Positions 1 to 10,367 are shown, counted from the first letter of the stretch. The stretch: 64,000 bases of DNA from an uncultured delta proteobacterium (GCA_963711565.1 CAVQEQ010000003.1:800001-864000), one strand, 5' to 3'. The notes: generated by a model from the sequence alone, not told the origin. Numbers and translations: made by a program.

Positions 1-145
1 CGCGCAGCTTCAGCTTGCCGTTGGCGACGCGAAAGAAAGTGTCGCGCTGATTGAGTACCGCGCGGCGCGTGTATCCAATCGCGCTCACACGCTGCTCGGC
101 CTCGGCGTGATTCGACAGACGGAACTTCGCTTCGAGGTTTTTCAT
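1..145 (-). CDS. CYTH-domain protein (class IV adenylate cyclase-like), N-terminal part, runs off the window
   Basis: Manual translation from ATG 145: MKNLEAKFRLSNHAEAEQRVSAIGYTRRAVLNQRDTFFRVANGKLKLR; xExK start motif and QxDTFF...GKLKLR are typical of CYTH proteins. Confidence 0.75.
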   Translation of the reverse strand, partial: MKNLEAKFRLSNHAEAEQRVSAIGYTRRAVLNQRDTFFRVANGKLKLR

Positions 146-227
146 TTGATAGGGCCGCGTCGGCGTGAAAAACTTGACACTTCGCGAAGCTCGCGCATAG
201 GCTCCCACGACCTCGCACGGCATTCAC

Positions 228-1412
228 TTGAGTAAATCACCCGACACGAATCCGGACGACGCCAGGCTGATCGAGGCAGGCTTCGACCCTGCCCTTGCAC
301 CCGTCGATGCGATCGCGAAACTCCGCGAGCTGCGATGGAAGCCCGGCGTAGGGGATACCGCAATCGCGCGCGCCCTCGGCAATATCGCAGACGCCGGCGC
401 CGCGGCGATGCTCGTTGAGATGGAAGCCGGCGCGGCCCGCGCAATTCGTCGCGAGGTTCGCCGCGCGCTGTACAAGCTGAAGCAGCACGGCATCGACGCG
501 CCCGCGGCCACCGCGCCGGCGGCAACCGCGATCCACGATAGCGCCGCTGACAAGGAAACGGCGGCGATGTTCTCGCCGATCGACGGCGAAGGCGCGCGTA
601 TTGTGTGGATCGTCAAGCCGCGCATGCAGGGCGGCCTGATCCGGATGTGGGCGCTGATCTCGGAGCAGGAAGGTCTGGTCGGCGCGCAGAATACCCACCT
701 GTCGCGGCGCGAGCTGAAGTCCGAACGCGACGAACTCGAGCGGCGCGCGCAGGTCAAGCTGGTCGATGGCGACTGGCGCGTCGCCGACTTCATCGCGTGC
801 GAGGCATGGCGCAGCACGCCCGAGTCGCGCCGCGGACAGGTCGGAAACTTTCTCGCGCTGCGATCCGAGTTGATCGCGTCGCCGCCGCCGACCGAGCTGG
901 TGCATCCTGTCTATACGGAGCTTGCGGCAGAGGCGGCAGGCGAGCCGTCGGTCGAGCTGCTCAAGGAACCCGAACTGCTCGAATGGCGGCTGCCCGACGC
1001 GATTCTCAAACCCTACGTCGATGAGATTAACCAGGCTGGCGAGAGCGTGATCGTGTTGAGCCCCGTCCATAAGCAGGAGCGCGTGAATGCCGTCATCGAG
1101 CGCGCGACCGCCGAATTGCTGAGCGGCGACAGCGGCCGACGAATCCAGCGGCGGCTCGAAGATATCGCCTACTACATCGCGCGAGTCGGACGCCGCACGC
1201 AGGCCGGATGGGCCACAGCAGCGGCGGCGCGGCTGCGTGACGGAGTCGATGTGACGAAGGTGCTGTTCTTCCAAGCGTTCATCCGCACGCAGCTCGGCAC
1301 CGTCGCGGCGGCGGAGCAGCAGAAAGCCGAGGAGGAGCCGCGCCTGATTATGACTCCGGCCGAAGCGATGCGCGCCCGCGAAGCCCGCGAAGCAAGAACG
1401 CGCCGCCGCTAG
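228..1412 (+). CDS. Hypothetical protein (alpha-helical)
   Basis: 394-aa ORF with host-like codon usage; no motif recognised; TTG start uncertain. Confidence 0.7.
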   Translation: MSKSPDTNPDDARLIEAGFDPALAPVDAIAKLRELRWKPGVGDTAIARALGNIADAGAAAMLVEMEAGAARAIRREVRRALYKLKQHGIDAPAATAPAATAIHDSAADKETAAMFSPIDGEGARIVWIVKPRMQGGLIRMWALISEQEGLVGAQNTHLSRRELKSERDELERRAQVKLVDGDWRVADFIACEAWRSTPESRRGQVGNFLALRSELIASPPPTELVHPVYTELAAEAAGEPSVELLKEPELLEWRLPDAILKPYVDEINQAGESVIVLSPVHKQERVNAVIERATAELLSGDSGRRIQRRLEDIAYYIARVGRRTQAGWATAAAARLRDGVDVTKVLFFQAFIRTQLGTVAAAEQQKAEEEPRLIMTPAEAMRAREAREARTRRR

Positions 1413-1480
1413 AGATTCTCTCGCGCCACTCAGTCGGCTACGATGCGTCGAGTCGGGCCGCACCGGAAGCTGACGCTGAT

Positions 1481-1497
1481 TTAAAGCATAACTTTAA
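1481..1497. promoter_or_regulatory. AT-rich inverted repeat TTAAAG-N5-CTTTAA, candidate operator for the CoA-transferase/thiolase genes
   Basis: Palindrome ~20 bp upstream of ATG 1516 in GC-rich surroundings. Confidence 0.3.
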
Positions 1498-1515
1498 TAT
1501 TCAGGATAACAATCG

Positions 1516-2712
1516 ATGATCGATCAACAGCCGCTGCGTGGGGTTCGGGTGCTCGACCTGTCGCGCGTTTTGGCGGGGCCGTTTTGCACGATGAACCTGG
1601 CGGACCTCGGCGCCGAGGTAATCAAGGTCGAGATGCCGGGGCGCGGCGACGACTCGCGCAGCTTTGCGCCGATGATGCCGTCGGGCGACTCGGGCTATTT
1701 CTACAGCGTCAATCGCGGCAAGCGTAGCGTCACGCTTGACTTGCGCACCGACGAGGGCGCTGCGGTTTTTCTGGAGTTGGCGGCAAAATCGGATGTAGTG
1801 GTTGAGAATTTCTCGCCGGGCACGATGGATCGTTTCAAAGTCGGGTACGCGCAGCTCAAGGCCGCCAATCCGAAAATTATTCTGTGCTCGATTTCCGGAT
1901 TCGGGCAGACCGGGCCGAAGACCGCGGCGCCCGCCTACGACATCGTGGCGCAGGCACTCGGCGGCACGATGAGTATCACCGGCAATCCGAGCGGCGAGCC
2001 GGTGCGATGCGGCGTGTCGGTCGGCGATCTGTCGGCGGCGCTCTACGGCGTGATTGCGATCATGGCGGCACTGCGCGTGCGCGACCGCGACGGCGTGGGC
2101 AATCACGTCGACATCGCGATGCTCGATTGCCAGGTCGCGATGCTCGAGGATGCGCTCGCGCGCTACTCGGTGTCGGGCAAGATTCCCGGGCGGCTCGGCA
2201 CGCGGCATCCGTCGATCACGCCGTTTCAGCAGTTTCGCGCGGCCGACGACTACTTCGTGATGGGCGCGGGCAACGAGGCTATCTGGCAGCGTTTCTGCGA
2301 CGCGATCGCGATGCCGCAACTGAAAGACGACCCGCGCTTCCTGACCAACGCCGATCGCACGGCGAACCATCCGGAGCTCGAGGCGATTCTCGCGCGCGCT
2401 TTTGCGATGCGGCCGCGCGATCACTGGCTGCGAATCCTCACCGACGCGTCAGTGCCGTGCGCGCCGATCGCCAACGTCGAGGAGGTCACGCGCGATCCGC
2501 ATCTGGCGGCGCGCAACATGATCCTGCGCGCGGAGCATCCGGAGTTCGACGGCCTGATCGTGCCGGGATCGCCGCTCAAAAGCGCCGGCGATACGGATAT
2601 CCCTTTGACCCGATCGCCGCGGCTGGGCGAGAGCACCGACGAAGTGCTGGCGAGCGTGCTCGGCTACGATAGTTTGCGGCTATCGGAATTGCGTAAGCGT
2701 AGTATCATATAG
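1516..2712 (+). CDS. Family III CoA-transferase (CaiB/BaiF)
   Basis: PLRGVRVLDLSRVLAGPFC, LADLGAEVIKVE, NRGKRS, DVVVENF, SISGFGQTGP motifs. Confidence 0.95.
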   Translation: MIDQQPLRGVRVLDLSRVLAGPFCTMNLADLGAEVIKVEMPGRGDDSRSFAPMMPSGDSGYFYSVNRGKRSVTLDLRTDEGAAVFLELAAKSDVVVENFSPGTMDRFKVGYAQLKAANPKIILCSISGFGQTGPKTAAPAYDIVAQALGGTMSITGNPSGEPVRCGVSVGDLSAALYGVIAIMAALRVRDRDGVGNHVDIAMLDCQVAMLEDALARYSVSGKIPGRLGTRHPSITPFQQFRAADDYFVMGAGNEAIWQRFCDAIAMPQLKDDPRFLTNADRTANHPELEAILARAFAMRPRDHWLRILTDASVPCAPIANVEEVTRDPHLAARNMILRAEHPEFDGLIVPGSPLKSAGDTDIPLTRSPRLGESTDEVLASVLGYDSLRLSELRKRSII

Positions 2713-2769
2713 GGCTAACGATCTGCGGCGGGCGCCGGTATGGAGCGTCGCCGCCATAAGGAGAACATA

Positions 2770-3909
2770 GTGCGCGAAGTTGTTATCGTCGATGGAGTCA
2801 GGGTTCCGATTGGCAAGGCCGGCAAGGACAAGGGCTACTACAAGGATATCCGCGCCGACGACCTGGGCGCGATGTGCATCCGCCGCCTGCTCGAGAAAAA
2901 TCCGAAGCTCGACCCCAAAGAAATCGAGGACGTAGTCTGGGGATGCGCGAATCAGACCGGCGAGCAGGGCCTGAACGTGGGCCGAATGATCGGCCTGCTG
3001 TCGGGGTTGCCGGTAGAAGTCGCGGGCACGACGATCGATCGCCAATGCGGATCGAGCCTGCAGGCGGTGAACTTTGCGGCGCAGGAAATAATGACCGGCG
3101 CGGGCGAGGTCGCGATTGCGGGCGGCGTCGAGCATATGACGCACGTTGCGATGGGCTCGGGAATCCTGCCGAATCCCAAGCTGCTCGAGATGTTCCCGCG
3201 CGACATGTTCTTCATGGGAATGACGGCCGAGCGGCTGGCCGATATGTACAAGATAACGCGCGAGCAAGCGGACGCCTTCTCGCTGCGATCGAACATGCGC
3301 GCGGTGGCGGCGCGCGAGCGCTTCAAAGAAGAAATCGTGCCGGTCAAGCTGCCCGATGGACAGGTCGTCGACGTTGACCAGGGACCGCGCGCGGAAACGA
3401 CGATGGAAAAACTCGCCGGGCTGAAGCCTTCATTCAAGCCCGACGGCCAGGTGACGGCCGGCAACTCCTCGCAGTTGTCCGACGGCGCCGCGGCCGTGCT
3501 GCTGATGAGTGCGGAGCGGGCTAAGGCGCTCGGGGTCAAGCCGTTCGCGAAGATTCGCGCGACAGCGGTCGCGGGCGTGCGTCCGGAAATCATGGGATGG
3601 GGTCCGGTGCCCTCGACGCATAAGGCGTTGGCGCGCGCGGGACTCAAAATCGGCGACATCGACCTGTTCGAAATCAACGAGGCATTCGGCGCGCAGGTGC
3701 TCGCCTGCAACACTGATCTCAAGATCAACGAAGAGCGGCTCAACGTGAACGGCGGCGCGATCGCACTTGGACATCCGCTCGGATGCTCCGGCGCGCGGCT
3801 GGTGGTGACGTTGACGCATGAGATGCGCCGGCGCGGCGTCGCGCTCGGAGTGGCGACGATGTGTATCGGGATCGGCCAGGGTATCGCGACGGTGATCGAG
3901 CAGGTATGA
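2770..3909 (+). CDS. Thiolase (acetyl-CoA C-acyltransferase)
   Basis: DRQCGSS catalytic Cys, NEAF, GGAIALGHPLGCSG, MCIGIGQG; GTG 2770 after AAGGAG. Confidence 0.95.
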   Translation: MREVVIVDGVRVPIGKAGKDKGYYKDIRADDLGAMCIRRLLEKNPKLDPKEIEDVVWGCANQTGEQGLNVGRMIGLLSGLPVEVAGTTIDRQCGSSLQAVNFAAQEIMTGAGEVAIAGGVEHMTHVAMGSGILPNPKLLEMFPRDMFFMGMTAERLADMYKITREQADAFSLRSNMRAVAARERFKEEIVPVKLPDGQVVDVDQGPRAETTMEKLAGLKPSFKPDGQVTAGNSSQLSDGAAAVLLMSAERAKALGVKPFAKIRATAVAGVRPEIMGWGPVPSTHKALARAGLKIGDIDLFEINEAFGAQVLACNTDLKINEERLNVNGGAIALGHPLGCSGARLVVTLTHEMRRRGVALGVATMCIGIGQGIATVIEQV

Positions 3910-4553
3910 ACCGCGGCGGACAGGGACTGCGCGCGCTCGCCATCGTGATATCACTGGCGCTGATCGTTGGTGCGTTCTACAACTTCAGCCTTCGGATGCG
4001 CACAAAGCCGGCGCCGCTTCTCCGGCTCGACACGCCGCAAGCGGCCACCTCGCCCGGCGATGAAGGCCTCGAATTCAGCGCACCCGGCCTCGACGGCAAG
4101 GATATCAATCTGAGCAGTTACCGCGGGCATCCGGTGATCGTCGATTTCTGGGCGACGTGGTGTGGGCCGTGCCGCAAGCAGATTCCCGAATTGGTCGCGC
4201 TCTACAAGAAATACAACAAGTCGCGCGGCCTGGTGATAATCGGAGTTTCGTGCGACCTGATTCAGGGCGACGGAGTGAAGGCAGTCGCGCCGTTCGTCGA
4301 AGAGTTCCGGATGAATTATCCGATCGCGCTGGCAGACGAGCGGCTGACAGACAGCATGGGAATTGAAGCGATACCTACGACGCTGTTCATCGGACGCGAC
4401 GGTAAACTGGTCTCGCGAATAGTAGGCGCGGGTCAGGCGGGCGAAATTACCGACAGCGCAAAGCAACTGCTCGACGGTGTCAAAGGTCCGGTCGCGCCGA
4501 GCAAGCCCGACGACATCAATGGCCACGTCGTAAACATCTCGGTCGTGAAGTAG
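3906..4553 (+). CDS. TlpA-family thiol:disulfide oxidoreductase with membrane anchor
   Basis: DFWATWCGPC and IPTT motifs; N-terminal TM helix; ATGA overlap with thiolase. Confidence 0.9.
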   Translation: MNRGGQGLRALAIVISLALIVGAFYNFSLRMRTKPAPLLRLDTPQAATSPGDEGLEFSAPGLDGKDINLSSYRGHPVIVDFWATWCGPCRKQIPELVALYKKYNKSRGLVIIGVSCDLIQGDGVKAVAPFVEEFRMNYPIALADERLTDSMGIEAIPTTLFIGRDGKLVSRIVGAGQAGEITDSAKQLLDGVKGPVAPSKPDDINGHVVNISVVK

Positions 4554-4583
4554 GTTCGGGAGGCTGGCGCATTGCAACCATAG

Positions 4584-5594
4584 CTATTTCACCAGGTTGC
4601 CTTCGACGTACTCCCAATTTGTAGTTTCGGAGAATATCTCGCCGCTGCCTTTTGCGAAGGCACCCGCCGCGTAAGTGTCGCCCTGAAGCTGCGCCATCAT
4701 CCACGCGGTAGGGTATCCGAGGTAGCCGTAAACGCCGAAGGTGCATCCCAGTTGTCGCCTAAATATCCAACCGTTGGAGCATTCCGGCTGGCCCTGAACG
4801 TCGAGGTGATCGGACCCGATCAGCGTTCCCTTCACTTTTGCGATCCCGCTCGGCGCGGCGTCGTAGTAAGCCTGTATCGATTGCTCACCGGACTCCCATG
4901 AGTACTGGGTCGGCGGCGAGATCCCGTCCTCGGAACCGTCGATGAAGAATATGGATCCGTTCGTCAGGTTTTTAGTGTCGGTACAGTTGAGCTTGCTGCT
5001 GCAAAAGAAATGCTTGGGCAACTCGATCGCGATGACGGTCTTTATCGAGCCTTTGGATTTGATCAGCGCGTTGATCGCGCCGGTGGCGCCTTGAGAATGG
5101 CCCAGTGCGCCGATCTCCTTCACGTCGAGCTTCCGGTAGAAAATGCTCGCCGCGTTGCTGTTCTCACCGATCATGAAATTCGCCGCGTCGAGTATTGTCT
5201 GTCCGGGGCCGGTGTATTCATCTTCCGTGGCGACGACCACGAAACCCCACGAGGCCACGTGCCTCAGAAAGTAGTCGTATTGATCCGGCTTTGCGTAAGT
5301 CCCATTTCCCCAGGTGAGGATCGGGTGTTTGAATCCGCCGGCGCCCAACTTCGTCGGATAATACAGATCAAATCTGTTTCCTGACGAATCGCAGCACGCG
5401 CCCGCAGGACTGGCCGTCACCGCCCATGGGCCACTTGCATAATATTTCAACTCGATCGGCCTGCTCGGGTAGTTGCCCGTGTTCGCGGGCGTGCTCGTGC
5501 TGCATCCGAGCATCATCGCCATCGCCAATAGCCACGGAAGCGGCTTTGTCCGCACCGCCGACTGGCCGCCGCGAATGGTGTCTCTGTCGTGCAT
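4584..5594 (-). CDS. Secreted/lipoprotein alpha/beta hydrolase (cutinase/chlorophyllase-like)
   Basis: Lipobox-like LLAMAMMLGC, WGNGT, ASWGFVVVA, GHSQG nucleophile elbow; start uncertain. Confidence 0.8.
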   Translation of the reverse strand: MHDRDTIRGGQSAVRTKPLPWLLAMAMMLGCSTSTPANTGNYPSRPIELKYYASGPWAVTASPAGACCDSSGNRFDLYYPTKLGAGGFKHPILTWGNGTYAKPDQYDYFLRHVASWGFVVVATEDEYTGPGQTILDAANFMIGENSNAASIFYRKLDVKEIGALGHSQGATGAINALIKSKGSIKTVIAIELPKHFFCSSKLNCTDTKNLTNGSIFFIDGSEDGISPPTQYSWESGEQSIQAYYDAAPSGIAKVKGTLIGSDHLDVQGQPECSNGWIFRRQLGCTFGVYGYLGYPTAWMMAQLQGDTYAAGAFAKGSGEIFSETTNWEYVEGNLVK

Positions 5595-5684
5595 CGGGTT
5601 GACGGGACAGTAGCTGAGTCGGGCGCGATAGGAACAGGCTTGTGGATTCACATCCGCGATGCGGGCTAAGATGCCGGTTTAGTG

Positions 5685-5930
5685 ATGGACCCCAGGGAAA
5701 TCGAGACGATGATTGCGCGCGGGATCCCCGACGCTCAAGTCGAGGTGCGCGATTACACCGGCGGCGGAGACCATTTCGAGGCGCTGGTGGTCAGCCCGAG
5801 TTTCGAGGGCAAGGGTTTAATCGAACGGCATCAACTGGTGTATAAGGCGCTGGGCGACGCGATGCGCGTGCAGGTGCATGCGCTCACGCTCAAGACGCTG
5901 ACGCCGGCGCAATATCAGAACCGCAGATAA
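5685..5930 (+). CDS. bolA: BolA/IbaG family protein
   Basis: GDHFEALVVS-FEGK-LIERHQLVY-VHAL; adjacent to monothiol glutaredoxin. Confidence 0.92.
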   Translation: MDPREIETMIARGIPDAQVEVRDYTGGGDHFEALVVSPSFEGKGLIERHQLVYKALGDAMRVQVHALTLKTLTPAQYQNRR

Positions 5931-5942
5931 GAGGAAGAGAAA

Positions 5943-6275
5943 ATGGCGGACATAATCGAAAAGATCGAAGCGGCAGTCAAAGAAAACAAGATCATGATCT
6001 TCATGAAAGGCAACCGGAGTTTTCCGCAATGCGGATTCTCGGCTGCCACCGTTGCGATTTTCGACGAGATCGGCGAGCCCTACGCGACGGCCGACGTGCT
6101 GAGCGATCCGGAGCTGCGCGACGCGATCAAGCGCTACAGCAGCTGGCCGACGATTCCGCAGGTCTATATCGACGGCAAGTTCGTCGGCGGCTGCGATATT
6201 ATTCGCGAGATGCACGAGTCGGGCGAGCTCGAGCCACTGGTGAAGGCGGCAGTCGGGGCCCCGGCGCAGCAGTAA
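5943..6275 (+). CDS. grxD: Monothiol glutaredoxin (Grx4 family)
   Basis: FMKG-PQCGFS, WPTIPQ, GGCD. Confidence 0.95.
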   Translation: MADIIEKIEAAVKENKIMIFMKGNRSFPQCGFSAATVAIFDEIGEPYATADVLSDPELRDAIKRYSSWPTIPQVYIDGKFVGGCDIIREMHESGELEPLVKAAVGAPAQQ

Positions 6276-6302
6276 TCGGTTAGCGTTCAGCTAATCCGCG
6301 GA

Positions 6303-6361
6303 ACCCTCACCTACCGGCCGCGATGCGGCCGGCCGCCTCTCCCGTAAAGTAACGGGCGAGG
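6303..6361. repeat. Intergenic palindromic repeat of CCCTCACC..CCTCTCCC..GG(C/G)GAGG type
   Basis: Related copies at 13765-13800 and 52729-52764. Confidence 0.55.
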
Positions 6362-6384
6362 TAAGAACAGTCCGGGAGGCAATC

Positions 6385-7278
6385 ATGCTTACTGAGCAGG
6401 AACGTTCTTTTCTTGAGGCGATGGCCAAGACTCCGATGCCTACCGACGTGATTGGGCTACGGACGCTGATGGAAACGTTCGCGCCGATGATGAATCAGAA
6501 TCTTCCCGAGATTGGCGCGTTGCATGAAGCCGTCGAAATTCGGCCTGGTCTCACCGCCGACATCGCGGTGCCGAAGGGTAAGGGACCGCATCCGTTGGTC
6601 GTCTATCTGCACGGCGGCGGATGGGTCGGGGGCAGTCCCAAGTCGCATCGCAAACTCGGAATGCAATTCGCCGAAGCTGGATACCTGACGATCAATGTCG
6701 ATTACCGGCTCGCGCCCGAGCATCCGTTTCCCGCGGGGTTCGATGATTGCGTGTATGCGGTGAAGTGGACCGGCGAGAACGCCAAGCGATGGAATGGCGA
6801 CGCGTCGCGGCTGGCGGTTGGCGGCGATTCCGCCGGCGGCAATCTAACTGCGGCGACAGTTACGTCGCTGGCGGCGGAGAAATACGCGGGGCCGGCGAAG
6901 CCGAAGGCGGCGCTGTTGATTTATGGAGTGTTCGATTTCCCCGCAGTGATCAAGCGGGAGAAAGATGCCGCTGCATTCGACGGAATGGTAAGGGCGTACG
7001 CGGGCGCAGGCTATCCCGCGATTCTCGAGGATCCGCGAGTCAGTCCGCTGCGTGCAGTGAAACCGGGTGCGATGCCGCCGAGCTTTGTAATCTGCGGCGC
7101 GGCGGACACGCTGTTGCCGGAGACGCATTCGATGGCGGAGGCACTCAAGCGCGCCGACATCCGGCACGAAGTGGCGATCTACGACGACATGCCGCACGGC
7201 TTCCTGCAGATGGATGTGCTGTCGGGATGCAAGCAGGGACTCGACAAGATGTTCGATTTTCTGCGGCGCACGCTCTAG
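6385..7278 (+). CDS. HSL-family (family IV) esterase/lipase
   Basis: HGGGW, DYRLAPEHPFPA, GDSAGG, HGF. Confidence 0.93.
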   Translation: MLTEQERSFLEAMAKTPMPTDVIGLRTLMETFAPMMNQNLPEIGALHEAVEIRPGLTADIAVPKGKGPHPLVVYLHGGGWVGGSPKSHRKLGMQFAEAGYLTINVDYRLAPEHPFPAGFDDCVYAVKWTGENAKRWNGDASRLAVGGDSAGGNLTAATVTSLAAEKYAGPAKPKAALLIYGVFDFPAVIKREKDAAAFDGMVRAYAGAGYPAILEDPRVSPLRAVKPGAMPPSFVICGAADTLLPETHSMAEALKRADIRHEVAIYDDMPHGFLQMDVLSGCKQGLDKMFDFLRRTL

Positions 7279-7291
7279 CGCGTCCACGAAC

Positions 7292-7996
7292 TCAATCGAT
7301 GACGCGCTTGCCGGGTTGACGCACGCTTCTGACCAGTTGCTCGGTGACCTGCTCGACGATCCATTGCGGCTTCCATTTGCCGCCCTCGCGATACCAGTTG
7401 GCGACGGTGAAGGCGGCGCGCAAGATCACATAGGTCATGAGTTTCGGATCACCCGGGACGAAAACTCCCTTGTCGATTCCACTGCGCACGATATTCGTGA
7501 ACATCCGCTCGTAACGACGCCCCAACGCTCGGATGCGCTTTCGATTCTCGGGGCTAAGCGACACGGGGTCGGGCACCGCGCGTTCGTAACGCCCCTCCTC
7601 CTCGAAAATTCTGGCGATCGCGGCTGCGGTCGCCTTGCGCAGGGCCAGTTCTGGATCTTTGTCCGCTAACGGAGCGATCGCCGCCAGTTTTTCGATCAAT
7701 CGGTTTACCAGCTCGATTCGGATCTCGGTGAAGATTTCCTCCTTGGAGCGGAAGTAGTGATAGATGTGCCCCTTGGCCAATCCGCACTCGCGCGCTATCT
7801 GGTCCATGTTGGTGGCGTCGTAGCCGCCATACGCGAAAGCGCGCGCGGCTCCTCCCAGGATTTCCCGGCGGCGTTCCGCGGCCTTCGCGATGTCGCGGAC
7901 GCGATAGCCGCGGACACCGAGCGGCCGCGCTTGGGCCGCCGCGGCCGATTCGAGTTTTGATTTGTTCGTCGCCATTCCTTCGGCATTCCGGCGCAT
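7292..7996 (-). CDS. TetR/AcrR family transcriptional regulator
   Basis: HTH IARECGLAKGHIYHYFRSKEEI; start may be 7975. Confidence 0.9.
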   Translation of the reverse strand: MRRNAEGMATNKSKLESAAAAQARPLGVRGYRVRDIAKAAERRREILGGAARAFAYGGYDATNMDQIARECGLAKGHIYHYFRSKEEIFTEIRIELVNRLIEKLAAIAPLADKDPELALRKATAAAIARIFEEEGRYERAVPDPVSLSPENRKRIRALGRRYERMFTNIVRSGIDKGVFVPGDPKLMTYVILRAAFTVANWYREGGKWKPQWIVEQVTEQLVRSVRQPGKRVID

Positions 7997-8065
7997 ACTC
8001 CTTGACCGGACTGCTCGTTTTAGAATATCTGTTTTAAGAGGACGAAAGCAACGGGAGTTGTAGTC

Positions 8066-8837
8066 ATGGATCGAACCTACGTCGTCACAGGCGCCACGTC
8101 CGGCATCGGCGCGGCAACAGCGCGCCATCTTCGGGAACGAGGCGGCCGGGTGATCGGCTGCGATCTACGCGACGCGGATGTCATCGCGGACCTGACGACC
8201 CGCGAAGGACGTGCGGCGCTGGTCAACGGCGTAACGCGCCTGTCCGGCGGCAGCATCGACGCGATCGTTGCCAATGCCGGCGGCGGCCCGGCGGAGACCA
8301 TGCTCTCGTTGAACTTCTTCGGCACAGTGGCGACGCTCGAAGGGTTGCGACCACTCCTCAAGACCAGTCCCGCGCCGCGCGCCGTGATGGTCTCCTCAAT
8401 CGCCTCGATGCAGCCGGCCGATCCACTCGTCGAAGCTTGTCTGAGTATGGACGAACCTGCGGCAACCGCCGCTGCAAGGGACGCGATCGCTGCCGGAAAG
8501 GGTCCTTTGGATCTATACGGCAGCGCCAAGCGCGCGTTGAACTGTTGGTGCCGAAGAGTCGCGATCAAACCGGATTGGGCCTGCCGGAATCCCGCTGAAC
8601 GTGGTCGCGCCAGGCTTTATCGACACGCCTGCTGCCGCATATATCCTGTCAGATCCAGGCAGGAGTGCGGCGGCGGCAGGGATGGTACCGATGCGCGGGG
8701 CATATCCCGGCCGTCCTGAGCAGATGGCCGCCATGCTTGCCTGGTGCGTGAGCCCGGAGAATTCGCTGATGACGGGGCAAATCCTCTTTGTCGATGGCGG
8801 CGCCGAATGTTTGTCGCGCGGGGAGCGCTCGTGGTGA
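8066..8837 (+). CDS. SDR oxidoreductase (3-alpha-hydroxysteroid dehydrogenase-like), frameshifted near 8581
   Basis: TGATSGIG, NAG and YGSAK in ORF 8066-8719; C-terminal VAPG...TGQILFVDGG in another frame ending 8837; adding 2 nt restores WAGAGIPLNV. Confidence 0.85.
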
Positions 8838-10342
8838 AACACGATTCGATGTCCGGCCGTCCGCCGCTCACTCTATGGACCAACATCCTGTATGGCGTCG
8901 GGTCGATCGCCTTCGGGGTGCATCTGGCCGTGCTCACTTCCGCGCTCCTGCTGTTTTACAACCAGGTGGTTGGGCTGCCTGCGGCGTGGGTCGGGGGCGC
9001 GATGGCGCTGACGCTGATCTTCGATGCGATCTGCGATCCGCTGATTGGAGAATGGTCGGATCATACGCGATCGCGATGGGGCCGGCGTCATCCGTTCATG
9101 TACGCCTCTGCGCTTCCGACCGCGGTCGCATTCTACTTCCTGTTCGATCCCCCGATCGGATGGACGCAGGGCCATCTGCTCATCTACTTCGCCGTGATGC
9201 TGATGACGGTGCGAATGCTCTTGAGTCTTTACGAAATCCCCAGCTCAGCGTTGGGACCGGAGCTCACGCTGGACTACGACCAGCGCACGACGCTGATGAG
9301 TTCGCGCTTCTTTTTTGGAACCCTGGGCGGAGCGGCGATCTCGGTGCTCGCGCTGCAAGTCTTCCTGCGCAAGGACGCGACCCATCCGCTGGGCCTGCTT
9401 AACCGCGCGGGGTACCAGCAAACCGCGCTGCTCGCGAGCATCGTGATTTTCGTGTCGATAATTATCTCGTGCGTCGGCACTCAGCGCTTCATCGGCAGCC
9501 TGGTCCACGAGCCGAGAGTTCAGACCACGTGGCGGGAGAAGTTCGGAGAGCTGAGCGGCACCCTGACCAATCGATCGTTTCTGGCGCTGACTGTTTCGGG
9601 AATAATCGGCGCCGTTTCCGCCGGCTTGAGGCAGGGACTCGACTTCTACATCTCGGCGTATTTCTTTGGACTGACGCCCGCCCAAATGTCGTACCTTGCC
9701 GCAGCCGGGCTGTTCGCCGCGTTTGCCGGGGTTGGTCTGGCGCCGGCAATCTCGAAGCGGTTCGGCAAGAAGCAATCCATGATCGGCGTCTTTTTCGCCT
9801 CGCTGTTCGCTTCAGTGGCGCCGATCGCGATGCGTCTGATCGGGATGCTGCCGCCCAACGGCACCGAGGCATTGTTCGCGATCGTGTTCGCCTTCAATTT
9901 CTTCGCCGCGACCCTCGGGCTTAGCGGATTCATCATTGTAAGCTCGATGATGTCCGACGTGGTCGAAGATGCCGCGGTGTCAACCGGACAACGCTCGGAA
10001 GGGCTGCTGTTTGCCGCCAACGGCCTCATATCCAAATGCGTCACGGGAGTTGGCACCTTCCTTTCCGGACTCATGCTCGCATGGGTCAGCTTTCCGCAGC
10101 ATGCGACGCCGGGCGAGGTTGACCCGGCGATCCTGCATCACCTCGGCATGGCCTTTGTTCCGATCGTCACGACGTTCAGCGCGATTGCGATCGCAGTCCT
10201 GATGTTTTACGACATCGACCGCTCCACGCATCAGAGGAATGTCGAACGCCTGGAAGGGGCAGTGCAGCCCGATCCAGAAGCGGGCGCTGGGGTAAACGTG
10301 CTTGATGATGAGAGCGTACCGGCATCTGCGCGAGTTTCGTGA
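8834..10342 (+). CDS. MFS transporter, GPH/MelB-like family
   Basis: DAICDPLIGEWSDHTRSRWGRRHPF, DYDQRT, RSEG; about 12 TM helices; GTGA overlap with the SDR. Confidence 0.92.
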   Translation: MKHDSMSGRPPLTLWTNILYGVGSIAFGVHLAVLTSALLLFYNQVVGLPAAWVGGAMALTLIFDAICDPLIGEWSDHTRSRWGRRHPFMYASALPTAVAFYFLFDPPIGWTQGHLLIYFAVMLMTVRMLLSLYEIPSSALGPELTLDYDQRTTLMSSRFFFGTLGGAAISVLALQVFLRKDATHPLGLLNRAGYQQTALLASIVIFVSIIISCVGTQRFIGSLVHEPRVQTTWREKFGELSGTLTNRSFLALTVSGIIGAVSAGLRQGLDFYISAYFFGLTPAQMSYLAAAGLFAAFAGVGLAPAISKRFGKKQSMIGVFFASLFASVAPIAMRLIGMLPPNGTEALFAIVFAFNFFAATLGLSGFIIVSSMMSDVVEDAAVSTGQRSEGLLFAANGLISKCVTGVGTFLSGLMLAWVSFPQHATPGEVDPAILHHLGMAFVPIVTTFSAIAIAVLMFYDIDRSTHQRNVERLEGAVQPDPEAGAGVNVLDDESVPASARVS

Positions 10343-10367
10343 ACGGTTGTAAACCTCAGGCTGGTTG

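Noticed and set aside
8002-8026. TTGACC...TAGAAT promoter for the SDR operon
   Set aside because: The spacer is only 13 bp
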